A DNA stretch of 64,000 nucleotides from Vulcanimicrobiales bacterium (GTDB lineage: Bacteria; Vulcanimicrobiota; Vulcanimicrobiia; Vulcanimicrobiales; Vulcanimicrobiaceae): assembly GCA_038231455.1 (NCBI GenBank), contig JBBRLI010000003.1:96001-160000 (forward strand), given 5' to 3'. The notes beneath the pieces are model-generated. The model saw nothing but the letters and a program-made list of their open reading frames with translations, was not told the DNA's origin and did no database searches. Positions within the stretch are counted from its first letter, which is position 1; each line of letters opens with the position of its first letter. Positions 32,103 to 41,568 of this stretch are shown here, piece after piece. The translations under genes were made by a program, and so were the position numbers.

Positions 32103-33078
32103 TACGACAGTTGCCCGGTCTGCTTCGACCGAAGAAGTGGTTGCCGAGTTACGTCGTCGCTCGTCGTTCATGTTCGTCTCGCACGTGAAACCCGATGGCG
32201 ATACGCTCGGGGCCGGACTTGCGCTCGGCAGCGCGCTCAAGTCGCTTGGAAAACGCGTTGGCTACTTCCAGCAAGACCCGGTGCCGCGTAATTTGCGCTT
32301 CCTGGTCGACTCGGAACTCTGCTCGCGTGAAATACCCGCAGACTTGCCCGCCGATACCCTCTGGGTTTTTGGCGACATGAGCGATACGTCGCGCGCCGGT
32401 GAGTACTTGCCCGCAATCGACCGCGCAAATGTCCTCAACATCGATCATCACCTTGGGAACTCGCGTTTCGGTGCACTCAACTACGTACTCGAAACCGAAG
32501 CCTCGACCGGAACGTGCGTGATGCATTTGCTGCGCGCGCTCAACGTGAAGATTACGCCGGCCATCGCCACGGCGCTCCTTACGACCATCATGACGGACAC
32601 GGGTGCGTTCATGCATACGAACACAACGACTGCCGTGCTCGCGCTCTCGGCCGAATTGATGGAACTGGGTGCTGATAAGCCGCTGATCACTGAGGAAATT
32701 TTCGCGAACAAACGCTTTGCCGCGATCAAGATCCTCGGCCTTGCGCTCTCCAAAGCCAAAGTCGAAGACAACGGTCGCTACTGCTATACCTACGTCACGC
32801 AAGCAATGCTCGATGAGTGCGGTGCGGATGGCGAAGACACCGAAGAGATCGTGCAGCATCTGCGCTCGGTCGAAGGCGTGGAAGCGGCCGCACTGTTCAA
32901 AGATTACGACGGCGCGATTCGCGTGAGCTTACGCAGTTCGGGCAAGATCAACGTCATGGAGGCTGCCGCAGCACTGAACGGCGGCGGACACTTCATGGCC
33001 GCCGGCCTGACATACGATGGCGATTTGCAAGCGGCGTTCGCGGGCGTGCACGCCGCACTCGTCGCGCAAGGACTCTAG
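32095..33078 (+). CDS. nrnA: DHH-family oligoribonuclease/pAp phosphatase
   Basis: HVKPDGD, IDHH, TDTG, SLRS and GGGH motifs. Confidence 0.9.
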   Translation: MSSTTVARSASTEEVVAELRRRSSFMFVSHVKPDGDTLGAGLALGSALKSLGKRVGYFQQDPVPRNLRFLVDSELCSREIPADLPADTLWVFGDMSDTSRAGEYLPAIDRANVLNIDHHLGNSRFGALNYVLETEASTGTCVMHLLRALNVKITPAIATALLTTIMTDTGAFMHTNTTTAVLALSAELMELGADKPLITEEIFANKRFAAIKILGLALSKAKVEDNGRYCYTYVTQAMLDECGADGEDTEEIVQHLRSVEGVEAAALFKDYDGAIRVSLRSSGKINVMEAAAALNGGGHFMAAGLTYDGDLQAAFAGVHAALVAQGL

Positions 33079-33087
33079 CGGCCCGCT

Positions 33088-33957
33088 ATCCTCGGCTTCG
33101 TCAATCTCTTCAAACCCGCCGGGCCGACATCGACGCAGTTCGGTGCGCGCCTGCGGCGGATTTATGGCACGCGCGACGGCGGAAAGCTGGCCGTCGGCCA
33201 TTTGGGGACGCTCGATCCGCAAGCTGCGGGTGTTTTGCCAATCGCGCTCGGCAAGGCAACGCGACTCTTGCCGCTCATCACGGATCGGCGCAAGGCGTAC
33301 GTCTGCACGCTCGTTCTCGGACGCGCGACCGACACGGGCGATGCCGTCGGCGCGACGATTGCGACCGCCGATGTTCCACGCGACTTTGCCGAACGATTCG
33401 AGGCCTTAGCGGGTGCGTTTACCGGACCGATCGATCAAATTCCGCCGATGTATAGCGCGGTCCAGATCGGCGGCGAGCGGCTCTACGATCTGGCGCGTGC
33501 CGGAAAGACCGTCGAACGTGCCGCGCGGCACGTCACGATTTATGCGCTGACGTTACTGGGTATCGACGACGATTTGCTGCGCCTGCGCATCGCGTGCAGC
33601 GAGGGAACGTACATTCGCACACTCTGCGAAGACATCGCCAAAGCCATCGGGACGGTCGGTCACATGGGTGCGCTGCTTCGTGAGGCCTCGGGGCCGTTCG
33701 TGCTCTATGAATCGAAGCTCATCGAAGACGTCATCGCCGATCCCGGCGGCGCGCTCGTGTCGCCGGAGAGCGTGATCCCAATTCCAACGATCGTTCTCGA
33801 CGGGCGCGATGCGACGGACTTTCGCGCCGGACGGACCGTGGCTCTTGCTGTCGCGCCGGCAGAGAAGCACGTCTTCGTTCGCGATCAGGCGCGACTGCTT
33901 GTCGGCGTCGGTGAGACGGTGGGAACGTTGCTTGCGCCGCGGAAAGTTTTCGTGTGA
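33088..33957 (+). CDS. truB: tRNA pseudouridine(55) synthase; no canonical start before the conserved N-terminus
   Basis: ILGFVNLFKPAGPTS...VGHLGTLDP, PPMYSA and CSEGTYIR. The first TTG (33202) falls inside the catalytic motif. Confidence 0.9.
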   Translation: MLGFVNLFKPAGPTSTQFGARLRRIYGTRDGGKLAVGHLGTLDPQAAGVLPIALGKATRLLPLITDRRKAYVCTLVLGRATDTGDAVGATIATADVPRDFAERFEALAGAFTGPIDQIPPMYSAVQIGGERLYDLARAGKTVERAARHVTIYALTLLGIDDDLLRLRIACSEGTYIRTLCEDIAKAIGTVGHMGALLREASGPFVLYESKLIEDVIADPGGALVSPESVIPIPTIVLDGRDATDFRAGRTVALAVAPAEKHVFVRDQARLLVGVGETVGTLLAPRKVFV

Positions 33958-34892
33958 AGATTCACCACACGATTCCTACGGACGATGCGTATCGGGCGGC
34001 GCGCGCGGCGCATCCGCTCGTCGTCGCGATTGGATTTTTCGACGGGTTCCACCGCGGACATCGCGCAATCGTGCGTGCGCTTCTTGAGGAACGCCGCCCG
34101 GGCGAACGCGCCGCGGTCCTCACGTTCCGCAATCACCCAAGCACGCTGCTGCGTCCCGGAACGGAGCCGCCCCTCATCACGACGCTCGATGAGCGTGTGA
34201 ACAATCTTGCAAATGCCGGTGTCGATGAAGCCTTCGTGCTGAGGTTCGATCACCAGATCGCCTCGCAGTCGCCCAATGAGTTCATCGATACGATGCTCGT
34301 CGACAAAATCGGCGCGCGCGCGATGATCGTCGGTGAGAACTTCCGCTTTGGCGCACGACGTGCGGGCGACGTGGCCTTCGCGCGCACCCAGCTCGAGCTC
34401 CGCGGCGGCAAGCTCGTCGCCGTACCGAACGCCATGGACGATGGCGAGCGCGTCTCCAGCACGCGCGTGCGCTCCGCCCTCAACGAGGGAAACGGCGAGC
34501 TTGCAGATCGGCTCCTTGGGGCGCCGTACACGGTTCGCGGGCTGGTGACATTCGGTGCCGGACGCGGTCACGATCTCGGCTTTCCCACCGCCAATATCGC
34601 GGTCCCGCCCGAGAAACTGCTGCCGCCCGACGGCGTCTATCAGATCGTCGGCCGCTCGGACGGGCGCGATTATCGCGGCCTCGTGTCGATTGGGACAAAC
34701 CCGACCTTCGATGGCCGCAAACGGACCGTCGAGGCCTGGTTACTCGATTTCAACGGTTCGCTCTACGGTCACGAACTTGCGCTGCGCGATTTTCGTTTCT
34801 TACGCGGACAGATCAAATTCGATTCGGTGGAAGCGCTCCTCGAACAAATCCACGCTGACGCCAAAACCGTCCACTTTCCGTCGTTCATCTAG
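33954..34892 (+). CDS. ribF: Bifunctional riboflavin kinase/FAD synthetase
   Basis: GFFDGFHRGH, VSSTRVR, LGFPTAN and GTNPTF motifs. Confidence 0.95.
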   Translation: MKIHHTIPTDDAYRAARAAHPLVVAIGFFDGFHRGHRAIVRALLEERRPGERAAVLTFRNHPSTLLRPGTEPPLITTLDERVNNLANAGVDEAFVLRFDHQIASQSPNEFIDTMLVDKIGARAMIVGENFRFGARRAGDVAFARTQLELRGGKLVAVPNAMDDGERVSSTRVRSALNEGNGELADRLLGAPYTVRGLVTFGAGRGHDLGFPTANIAVPPEKLLPPDGVYQIVGRSDGRDYRGLVSIGTNPTFDGRKRTVEAWLLDFNGSLYGHELALRDFRFLRGQIKFDSVEALLEQIHADAKTVHFPSFI

Positions 34893-34899
34893 GAGCCCC

Positions 34900-35376
34900 A
34901 TGAAACGCCTCGCCGTCACGCTCGCCGCTCTCATCGCATTCGCCCCGGTCGCGGCACTTGCGATTCCGCAAGTAAATAAGCCCGCACCCGAGTTCAAGCT
35001 GAAGAACACGGCCGGAAAAGAGATCTCGCTCTCGAGCCTCAAGGGCAAAGCGGTGTATGTCAATTTCTTCGCAACGTGGTGTGGTCCGTGCAATGAAGAA
35101 GCCCCCGATATCGCGCGTTTGGCGAAAAAATACAAGGCGAAGCTCGTCACCTACGGCATCGACGAACAGGAGAGTCGCGACAAAGCACTCGGCTTCATCA
35201 AACAGTATAAACTCCCGTACGGTGTGCTCCTCGACGACACGCAAGTCGGAAATGCGTATGGAGCACTCGGACTCCCCGTGCACGTCTTCATCGACCGGAA
35301 CGGCGTTGTGAAGACCTACCGCATCGGCGAGATGAACAAGGACGAGATCGAAACGGCGATCAAAGGGGCGATCTAA
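34900..35376 (+). CDS. TlpA/ResA-family thiol-disulfide oxidoreductase
   Basis: Signal peptide, NFFATWCGPC and AGGAG SD. Confidence 0.9.
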   Translation: MKRLAVTLAALIAFAPVAALAIPQVNKPAPEFKLKNTAGKEISLSSLKGKAVYVNFFATWCGPCNEEAPDIARLAKKYKAKLVTYGIDEQESRDKALGFIKQYKLPYGVLLDDTQVGNAYGALGLPVHVFIDRNGVVKTYRIGEMNKDEIETAIKGAI

Positions 35377-35411
35377 ACTTCTCGCGAGCTAAATCGGGGT
35401 TTTAGTTCTTG

Positions 35412-36437
35412 ATGACCTTCGCTTTTGGGCCCTTCGGTCGGGCAATGCTCTTGCTCTTCGCCGCGATCGCTTTCTCTGTCGCCCCTGGAAAAGCCAAGGC
35501 GGACGAATCTGCCTATGCAAGCTGGGGACACGATCCGTATGCCGCTCGCATTATTACGGGAGACATCGATCGCTTTTGGCTTGCGTACGACGCCTCATCA
35601 CGGGGTCGCCGAATCGACGCCATGCGATCCTACGTTGCAAATGGATCGCCAGGCGAACACGACTTCATCCCAAACCGGATCAGAAGCGGCGATCATCTTG
35701 CATCGGTCGTTGACGATCACGAAGCGTATTATCAGACGGTTCGACCGTGGACACTTCGCGCCCGTAGTTATGTGCCGCAGATCCGCCGGATTTTTTCGAC
35801 GGCGCGCAAGCTGATCGGCGACGAAGCTGTTTTTCCGGACGTGTATTTTGTGATTGGAGCCCTAAGCTCTGGAGGTACTGCCGGGGAACACGGCTTGATC
35901 ATGGGTACCGAGGTTGACACACTTCCGACCAAGCGCGATCAGAGCGCCTGTCAGGGACTTACTTGGTTATGTTCTGCAGCGCAGCCGATCGACCGCGTGC
36001 CCTTCATCGTGGCGCACGAGCTAATGCACGCGGAGCAATGGGCGCTGAATCGTGACCGCGTCGAGGAAGCCGACAACGCAACATTGTTGCAACTTGCGCT
36101 CGCGGAAGGCGTCGCCGACTATCTCGGCGAGCGACTCAGTGGATTGCGGCGCGTCGCTCCCTATGTGCCGTTCGGAGAGGCACATCGGGCAGAGGTACGC
36201 GACGTGTTCTTGGCAGCGCGGACGTCAACAAAACAGCGCGAGATTGCGGAGTTTTTGTACAACGACCCGGCGCTTCACCCGGGCTGGCCTCACGATCTGG
36301 GGTACGACGTCGGCTATCGAATCGCTCAAGGATACGTTCTCAATCGAGCGGACGAGCGCGCCGCAATCCGAGAACTGCTTGCGATGAAAGATGCAGAAAA
36401 AATTCTCACGATTAGCGGTTACGCCGGAAAACCCTGA
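35412..36437 (+). CDS. Secreted putative Zn-dependent protease (DUF2268-like)
   Basis: Signal peptide, SSGGT, HELMH...EGVAD and DLGY.VGY motifs. Confidence 0.72.
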   Translation: MTFAFGPFGRAMLLLFAAIAFSVAPGKAKADESAYASWGHDPYAARIITGDIDRFWLAYDASSRGRRIDAMRSYVANGSPGEHDFIPNRIRSGDHLASVVDDHEAYYQTVRPWTLRARSYVPQIRRIFSTARKLIGDEAVFPDVYFVIGALSSGGTAGEHGLIMGTEVDTLPTKRDQSACQGLTWLCSAAQPIDRVPFIVAHELMHAEQWALNRDRVEEADNATLLQLALAEGVADYLGERLSGLRRVAPYVPFGEAHRAEVRDVFLAARTSTKQREIAEFLYNDPALHPGWPHDLGYDVGYRIAQGYVLNRADERAAIRELLAMKDAEKILTISGYAGKP

Positions 36438-36446
36438 GGTGTTTGG

Positions 36447-36815
36447 TTATGCCGTTTTTCGTTTATGAAAGAGAAACGTGTTGCCGTCAGGATCTTCGCA
36501 GATCGACATAAAGCACACCGTCGTCGCGAAGGAATCTATCTCGACCTTGTGACCGGCTGCGCGTCGTTTCTCGGTTGCCGCCGCTACATCGGGTACGGAG
36601 AACATGATGCCTTGTGATTTCGTCCAAGCATCTTGCAGTTCTCCGATTGCAAACGTCGCGCCGTCGGCAAGGTCATACTCGACGAAAGCGCCATCCATGA
36701 ATTCGCGTGCCACCGTCATGCTAATGTCATCGCGATAGAATGCTTTCGCTCGGGGCACATCGGTAACCGCGTACGAGACGCCATCGATTCCAGTCGGGCC
36801 AATATGCTTGTCCAT
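36447..36815 (-). CDS. VOC/glyoxalase family protein
   Basis: VTDVPRAKAFY, FSVPDV and DPDGN motifs. Confidence 0.85.
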   Translation of the reverse strand: MDKHIGPTGIDGVSYAVTDVPRAKAFYRDDISMTVAREFMDGAFVEYDLADGATFAIGELQDAWTKSQGIMFSVPDVAAATEKRRAAGHKVEIDSFATTVCFMSICEDPDGNTFLFHKRKTA

Positions 36816-36850
36816 CGTGGTTGCGGTTAAGCCGTCACCGAGGCATTCCC

Positions 36851-37330
36851 CTACTTGAGCGGCCTAACGGCTCGCTGGCACGCATCGCGGAGCTCGCCTA
36901 CGCTTAACGAAGCGCATGGGTTTCCGGTCGCGCGCGGACCCAGATCATGGCGCGGATCGGTGAAAGGCACGAAGAGGATCGGATGTTCGAGCGCGCGTAG
37001 CGGTGCGGCGATCGCATCGATGGCGCTTGCGCCAATCGGAATCGTCGTTGTCGTTAGACCGAGTTGCCCAAGCGCGTAGCCAGCCTCTCGCCTCGCGCCG
37101 GAGACATCACCGCGCTGCAAGCGTTGAATGGCGGCTTGATACGAGAGTGATGCTGCGGTTGAAGCCGTCGGACTTTGAATGTTCGATCGTGCGATTGCGA
37201 GCATCGAGTCGAAGAGCAAGCTGCGGGTCTGAGCGTCCGTATTCGATGGTGGCGTTGTAAGGGGGATGGCTTGCGCATTTGCCGCGACCGGCGCGAGCCC
37301 GAGCATCAGTGCGAGTAGCAGACGTTTCAT
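36851..37330 (-). CDS. Hypothetical secreted protein coupled to the Clp ATPase
   Basis: Signal peptide [23 protein letters not shown] overlap with the clp stop. Confidence 0.65.
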   Translation of the reverse strand: MKRLLLALMLGLAPVAANAQAIPLTTPPSNTDAQTRSLLFDSMLAIARSNIQSPTASTAASLSYQAAIQRLQRGDVSGARREAGYALGQLGLTTTTIPIGASAIDAIAAPLRALEHPILFVPFTDPRHDLGPRATGNPCASLSVGELRDACQRAVRPLK

Positions 37331-39303
37331 GCAGCGGCTTCGACGGTAATCGAGCGGCCGTCGGAGTCGACGCGCGCGGTTGTTCCCGTCGCGAAATCAC
37401 CGCGCAATAAAGCGTTTGAGAGCGGGCTCGTCACGTGCCGCGCGATCGAGCGGGCCACGTAGCGCGCCCCGCTTCCCGAAGCGAGACTCTCTTTTGCAAG
37501 GAAGCTCAGCGCGGCTGGCGTTAAGGCGAGCGTGACGGACTGCGTACCGAGCCGCTCGACTAAGTGGTGGATTTGCAACGAGACGATTTTCTCGATGTCT
37601 TTTGCATCCAGTTCGCGGAACACGACGACATCGTCGATGCGGTCGACGAGTTCCGGTCGCAAGTTGCCTTCGACTTCATCGGGTTCGAGATTGCTCGTCA
37701 TGACGAGGAGCGCGTGACGGAAATCGATCGACCGTCCCTTGGCATCCGTAACGCGGCCGTCGTCGAGAATCTGGAGCAGAATTGCTGCGACATCGGGGTG
37801 CGCTTTTTCGATCTCATCGAACAAGATTACGGAATACGGGCGACGGCGTACGGCTTCCGTAAGTTGGCCGGGCTCATCGTGGCCGGCGTAACCGGGCGGT
37901 GCGCCGAGTAGGCGCGAGACGGTGTGCGACTCGGTATATTCCGAGAGGTCGAGTCGGATGAGAGCGTCGTCCGTGCCGAAGAGCGAATGCGCGAGCGTGC
38001 GGGCAAGTTCGGTCTTGCCGACGCCGCTCGGCCCAATAAAGAGAAATCCGCCAACCGGTTTCCGCGGATCCTTGAGGCCCGCGCGGGCACGGCGGATGGC
38101 CTCTGCGACGACGCGGACGGCTTCGCTTTGACCGATCACGCGTTCTTCTAGCTCGGCTTCAAGTGCGAGCAGACCCGCGCGCTGCGCTTCGGTGAGCGTC
38201 GAGACCGGTATGCCGGTCGCCGACGAAATCACGGTCGCGATATTTTCGGCCGTTACCCGCGGACGCGTTCCGGTACTACCGATCGCGGCTTTCGCCGATG
38301 CTTCATCGAGTACGTCGATCGCTTTGTCGGGAAGAAAGCGGTCGGCGATGTAGCGCGCCGAAAGCGTCGCCGCAGCGGTTATCGCTTCGTCGGTGATCTC
38401 GACGTTGTGGTGCGCGCCGTATTTCGGGCGAAGTCCGCGCAGGATACCGATTGTCTGTTCCACCGTCGGCTCTTCGACCATCACGGGTTGAAAACGCCGC
38501 TCGAGCGCAGCGTCGGCCTCGACATACTTACGGTATTCATCGAAGGTCGTCGCGCCGATGCACTGCAGTTCGCCGCGCGCCAGTTCCGGTTTGATCATCG
38601 AGGAGAGATCGAGTGATCCCTCGGCTGCGCCCGCACCGACGAGTGTATGCAACTCGTCGATAAAGAGAATGACGTCGCGCGCACTGCGCTTGACCTCATC
38701 GAGAATTTTCTTGACCCGGCCTTCAAATTCGCCGCGGTACTTCGTTCCCGCGACGAGCGGCCCGAGCGAGAGCGCGAGTACTTTTTTATCTTTGAGCGCG
38801 GCGGGAACGTCGCCTGAGGCGATCCGCTGCGCGAGTCCTTCGACGATCGCGGTTTTGCCGACGCCGGGTTCGCCGACGAGGACGGGATTATTCTTACTGC
38901 GCCGTGCGAGAATCGCGACCACGCGTTCGATTTCTTCATCGCGCCCGATTACGGGGTCGAGTTCGCCGGCAACGGCCGCAGCCGTCAAGTCACGCGAATA
39001 CTGCGAGAGCACCGGTGTGGCACCGCGAAGACGCTTAGTCCAGTCGAGTGCCTGATTTGCCGGGCTCTCGCCGCCTGTGCCGCCGCTTCCCCCGCGATTG
39101 AGCCGCTCGTACGCGAAGGCGGCGCCAGCGAACAGTGCGGCAGCCGAGAGCGCCGCGCCCACGAACGGAGCGATCGCCCCGCGCCGAGCCCGAGCGCATG
39201 TCTCGCAAACGGCAGCATCCGTCCACTTGCCGTTCCGCAGCGCATAATCGCGCGTGCTCGCCGGACGCTCGTTACAGACCTCGCATGTCGCTGCTACCAT
39301 CAT
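37327..39303 (-). CDS. Hsp100/Clp ATPase with N-terminal CxxC...CxxC finger and a hydrophobic segment
   Basis: Two AAA+ modules ([14 protein letters not shown] and [16 protein letters not shown]) with pore loops KYRGEF and GYAG. Confidence 0.9.
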   Translation of the reverse strand: MMVAATCEVCNERPASTRDYALRNGKWTDAAVCETCARARRGAIAPFVGAALSAAALFAGAAFAYERLNRGGSGGTGGESPANQALDWTKRLRGATPVLSQYSRDLTAAAVAGELDPVIGRDEEIERVVAILARRSKNNPVLVGEPGVGKTAIVEGLAQRIASGDVPAALKDKKVLALSLGPLVAGTKYRGEFEGRVKKILDEVKRSARDVILFIDELHTLVGAGAAEGSLDLSSMIKPELARGELQCIGATTFDEYRKYVEADAALERRFQPVMVEEPTVEQTIGILRGLRPKYGAHHNVEITDEAITAAATLSARYIADRFLPDKAIDVLDEASAKAAIGSTGTRPRVTAENIATVISSATGIPVSTLTEAQRAGLLALEAELEERVIGQSEAVRVVAEAIRRARAGLKDPRKPVGGFLFIGPSGVGKTELARTLAHSLFGTDDALIRLDLSEYTESHTVSRLLGAPPGYAGHDEPGQLTEAVRRRPYSVILFDEIEKAHPDVAAILLQILDDGRVTDAKGRSIDFRHALLVMTSNLEPDEVEGNLRPELVDRIDDVVVFRELDAKDIEKIVSLQIHHLVERLGTQSVTLALTPAALSFLAKESLASGSGARYVARSIARHVTSPLSNALLRGDFATGTTARVDSDGRSITVEAAA

Positions 39304-39342
39304 ACCCTCCCTACCCGGTGGAGGGCGGCCGAGTTTCGGCAG

Positions 39343-40056
39343 CTATGGAGCGATGATGTAAACGACGTTGACCGTCGCTGTGACCGTCAGACCGCTAGGC
39401 AAGACTTCGGTCGGCAATTGGACCTCTTTCGCAGCGCTCGCGCGTGCCATCGCTTGTATTTGCGGACGAAAGATGGGCGGATTCGAGAACGTTGCGATCG
39501 ATTTGATCCGAACGATTTTCTCGTGCGCCGCATCGGCGAGCACGCGGCTGTTCGCCTGAGCCGTGTTCATCGCATCGGTAAGTGCCGCGCGATACGCCGC
39601 CTGCGGATCCCGCAGTCCGTAGGACACGCCGCCGATATTCGATACGTTCGCCGCGGTGCCGGCATCGATGACTTTGCCGGCGTTATCGATGTTCTCGATG
39701 CGAATCGAGACTGTCCGGGTCACGTTGAATGTCTTTTTCGCGCCATCCATATACGTGTTGAGCTGGTAGGACGTCGTCTTAACCGCGTCGCGGGCGAGAC
39801 CGAGGGCGAGCACTTTCCCGACTAAGCCGTTGTAGCGATTGTTGTTGTCGAGCGTGGCTTTCGCCGCGGTATCCTCCGTGCTGTCGATCGTCATATCGAC
39901 GGTCGCCAGGTCCGGCGCGCGTGTCACGCTTCCCGTCGCCGAGAGCGTAATCGTGGAATCATCCGGGGTCGATGTCGTAACGGTGGCAGCACCGGCAACG
40001 CCCATGAGGGAGAGCGCCAGTGAAGCGGTCAGGGCAGCAAACGTGATGTGCTTCAT
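39343..40056 (-). CDS. SIMPL (DUF541) domain periplasmic protein
   Basis: Signal peptide, TGSVTRAPD, KVIDAG and AYRAALTDA motifs. Confidence 0.85.
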   Translation of the reverse strand: MKHITFAALTASLALSLMGVAGAATVTTSTPDDSTITLSATGSVTRAPDLATVDMTIDSTEDTAAKATLDNNNRYNGLVGKVLALGLARDAVKTTSYQLNTYMDGAKKTFNVTRTVSIRIENIDNAGKVIDAGTAANVSNIGGVSYGLRDPQAAYRAALTDAMNTAQANSRVLADAAHEKIVRIKSIATFSNPPIFRPQIQAMARASAAKEVQLPTEVLPSGLTVTATVNVVYIIAP

Positions 40057-40093
40057 AGTTCCTCAACGCAACCGGGTGCAAGTTCGTTATCTG

Positions 40094-40120
40094 GGTTTCG
40101 ACCAAGATTTCTCGGGGAAG
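40094..40120 (+). promoter_or_regulatory. SigB/SigF-like promoter upstream of the GlsB/YeaQ gene
   Basis: GGTTT-N16-GGGAAG. Confidence 0.5.
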
Positions 40121-40185
40121 GATTCTCCCTGTCAGGCGGCCGCTTCGAGCCTCCGAAAAACTCCGAAAGGGAACGACTCGAAATT

Positions 40186-40443
40186 ATGGATCTCTTATTT
40201 TGGCTGATCGTCGGACTCATCGCAGGCTTCCTCGCGAAATACGTCGTCCCCGGTGAGGGCCCCGGCGGTGCCATCGGCGATATCATCGTCGGCGTGATCG
40301 GCGCCTTCATCGGCGGCTTCGTGTTCAACGCCTTCGGCCACGCCGGTTCGGGCGGCTTCATCTACAGCACGCTCGTCGCGTTCGTTGGAGCGGTCATCCT
40401 GCTCTTCGTACTCCGCGCGTTCTCGGGCCGTCGCGTCGCCTAA
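40186..40443 (+). CDS. GlsB/YeaQ/YmgE family stress-response membrane protein
   Basis: WLIVGLIAGFLA...DIIVGVIGAFIGG...GAVILL. Confidence 0.9.
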   Translation: MDLLFWLIVGLIAGFLAKYVVPGEGPGGAIGDIIVGVIGAFIGGFVFNAFGHAGSGGFIYSTLVAFVGAVILLFVLRAFSGRRVA

Positions 40444-40462
40444 CCCCTGCGACAAATCCCGC

Positions 40463-40495
40463 AAGGCGTCCCTCAGAGATGATGGGCGCCTTTTT
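40463..40495 (+). terminator. Intrinsic terminator
   Basis: AAGGCGTCC...GGGCGCCTT stem followed by a T-tract. Confidence 0.6.
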
Positions 40496-40583
40496 CATTC
40501 TCACGATGTGACCAGGACCATCGGGAGTGCGCTCCGTAAAAGAACCCCTTCACCGAGCGCAGAGAGGTCTTGTAAACACCCAA

Positions 40584-40826
40584 ATGGCGTATGTCATTAC
40601 GGAACCTTGCATCGGCACGAAAGACAAATCGTGCGTTGATGTGTGCCCCGTCGATTGTATCCACGGCGGCGACGACGAAAAACAGCTCTTCATCGACCCC
40701 GAAGTCTGCATCGATTGCGGCGCGTGCGTATCGGCATGCCCGGTCGAGGCGATTTATGCGGATTCCGACGTCCCCGATAAATGGAAAAATTTTATCGACG
40801 TCAATGCGGAATTCTTCAAGAACTAG
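40584..40826 (+). CDS. Dicluster (7Fe-type) ferredoxin
   Basis: AYVITEPC...CVDVCPVDCI...CIDCGACVSACPV. Confidence 0.93.
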   Translation: MAYVITEPCIGTKDKSCVDVCPVDCIHGGDDEKQLFIDPEVCIDCGACVSACPVEAIYADSDVPDKWKNFIDVNAEFFKN

Positions 40827-40845
40827 GACGCGCTTGCGTTCAACT

Positions 40846-40877
40846 GCGAAGGGCGGTCGCTTGCGGCCGCCTTTCGT
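40846..40877 (+). terminator. Strong hairpin, probable terminator
   Basis: GCGAAGGGCGGTCGC-TT-GCGGCCGCCTTTCGT. Confidence 0.55.
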
Positions 40878-40890
40878 CGTCTAAGCCCAC

Positions 40891-41568
40891 GTGGAACGCA
40901 TCGTCGCGCGCGAGCTGATGGACGACCCGGTCGAGTCGCTCGCCGAACTCGAAGGGAACCTGCGCGATATCGCCTTCGCGAACGCCGTCTTTAATGGAAC
41001 CGCACCGGTTGTCCGTGCTGTGCGCGCGAGCGCTGCGACGAGCGTTCTCGACGTGGGCTGCGGCCTCGCCGATATCCCGCTTGCGCTCGTACGCGATGCG
41101 GATCGGCGCGGAGCGCCTTTGCACGTGACGTGTCTCGATCACAGCGAACAGATGCTCGCTCTCGCGCGCAAGGCAACGCGGGATCACCCCGCGCTCGACT
41201 TTGTGCACGGTAAAGGCGAGTCGTTGCCGTATCCGGATGACGCCTTTGATGTTGTGATGTGTAGTCTTGCGCTCCATCATTTCGAACCGACGTCCGCGGA
41301 GCGGCTCTTGCGCGAACTGCGTCGCGTCTCCAAGATCACGCCGGTTCTTTGCGATATGTATCGTTCGCGGCTGGCGTATATCGGCGCGCGAGTCTGGACG
41401 ACGGTTGCCACGCGTAATCGGCTCACACGCAACGATGCTCCACTCTCCGTGCGCCGTTCGTATACTCCCGTCGAAGCGCTCGCGCTCGCACGCGGTGCCG
41501 GCTGGGTGAAGCCGGTTCTGGAGACCTCGGCGTTCTTTCGCATGACCCTCACGGATGGGCCGAAGTGA
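40891..41568 (+). CDS. SAM-dependent methyltransferase
   Basis: ELMDD N-terminal motif, VLDVGCG, CSLALHHF and DAPLSVRRSY. Confidence 0.88.
   Translation: MERIVARELMDDPVESLAELEGNLRDIAFANAVFNGTAPVVRAVRASAATSVLDVGCGLADIPLALVRDADRRGAPLHVTCLDHSEQMLALARKATRDHPALDFVHGKGESLPYPDDAFDVVMCSLALHHFEPTSAERLLRELRRVSKITPVLCDMYRSRLAYIGARVWTTVATRNRLTRNDAPLSVRRSYTPVEALALARGAGWVKPVLETSAFFRMTLTDGPK

Noticed and set aside
40501-40522. CRP/FNR-like site upstream of the ferredoxin
   Set aside because: Only a TGTGA half-site is present; the second half does not match.
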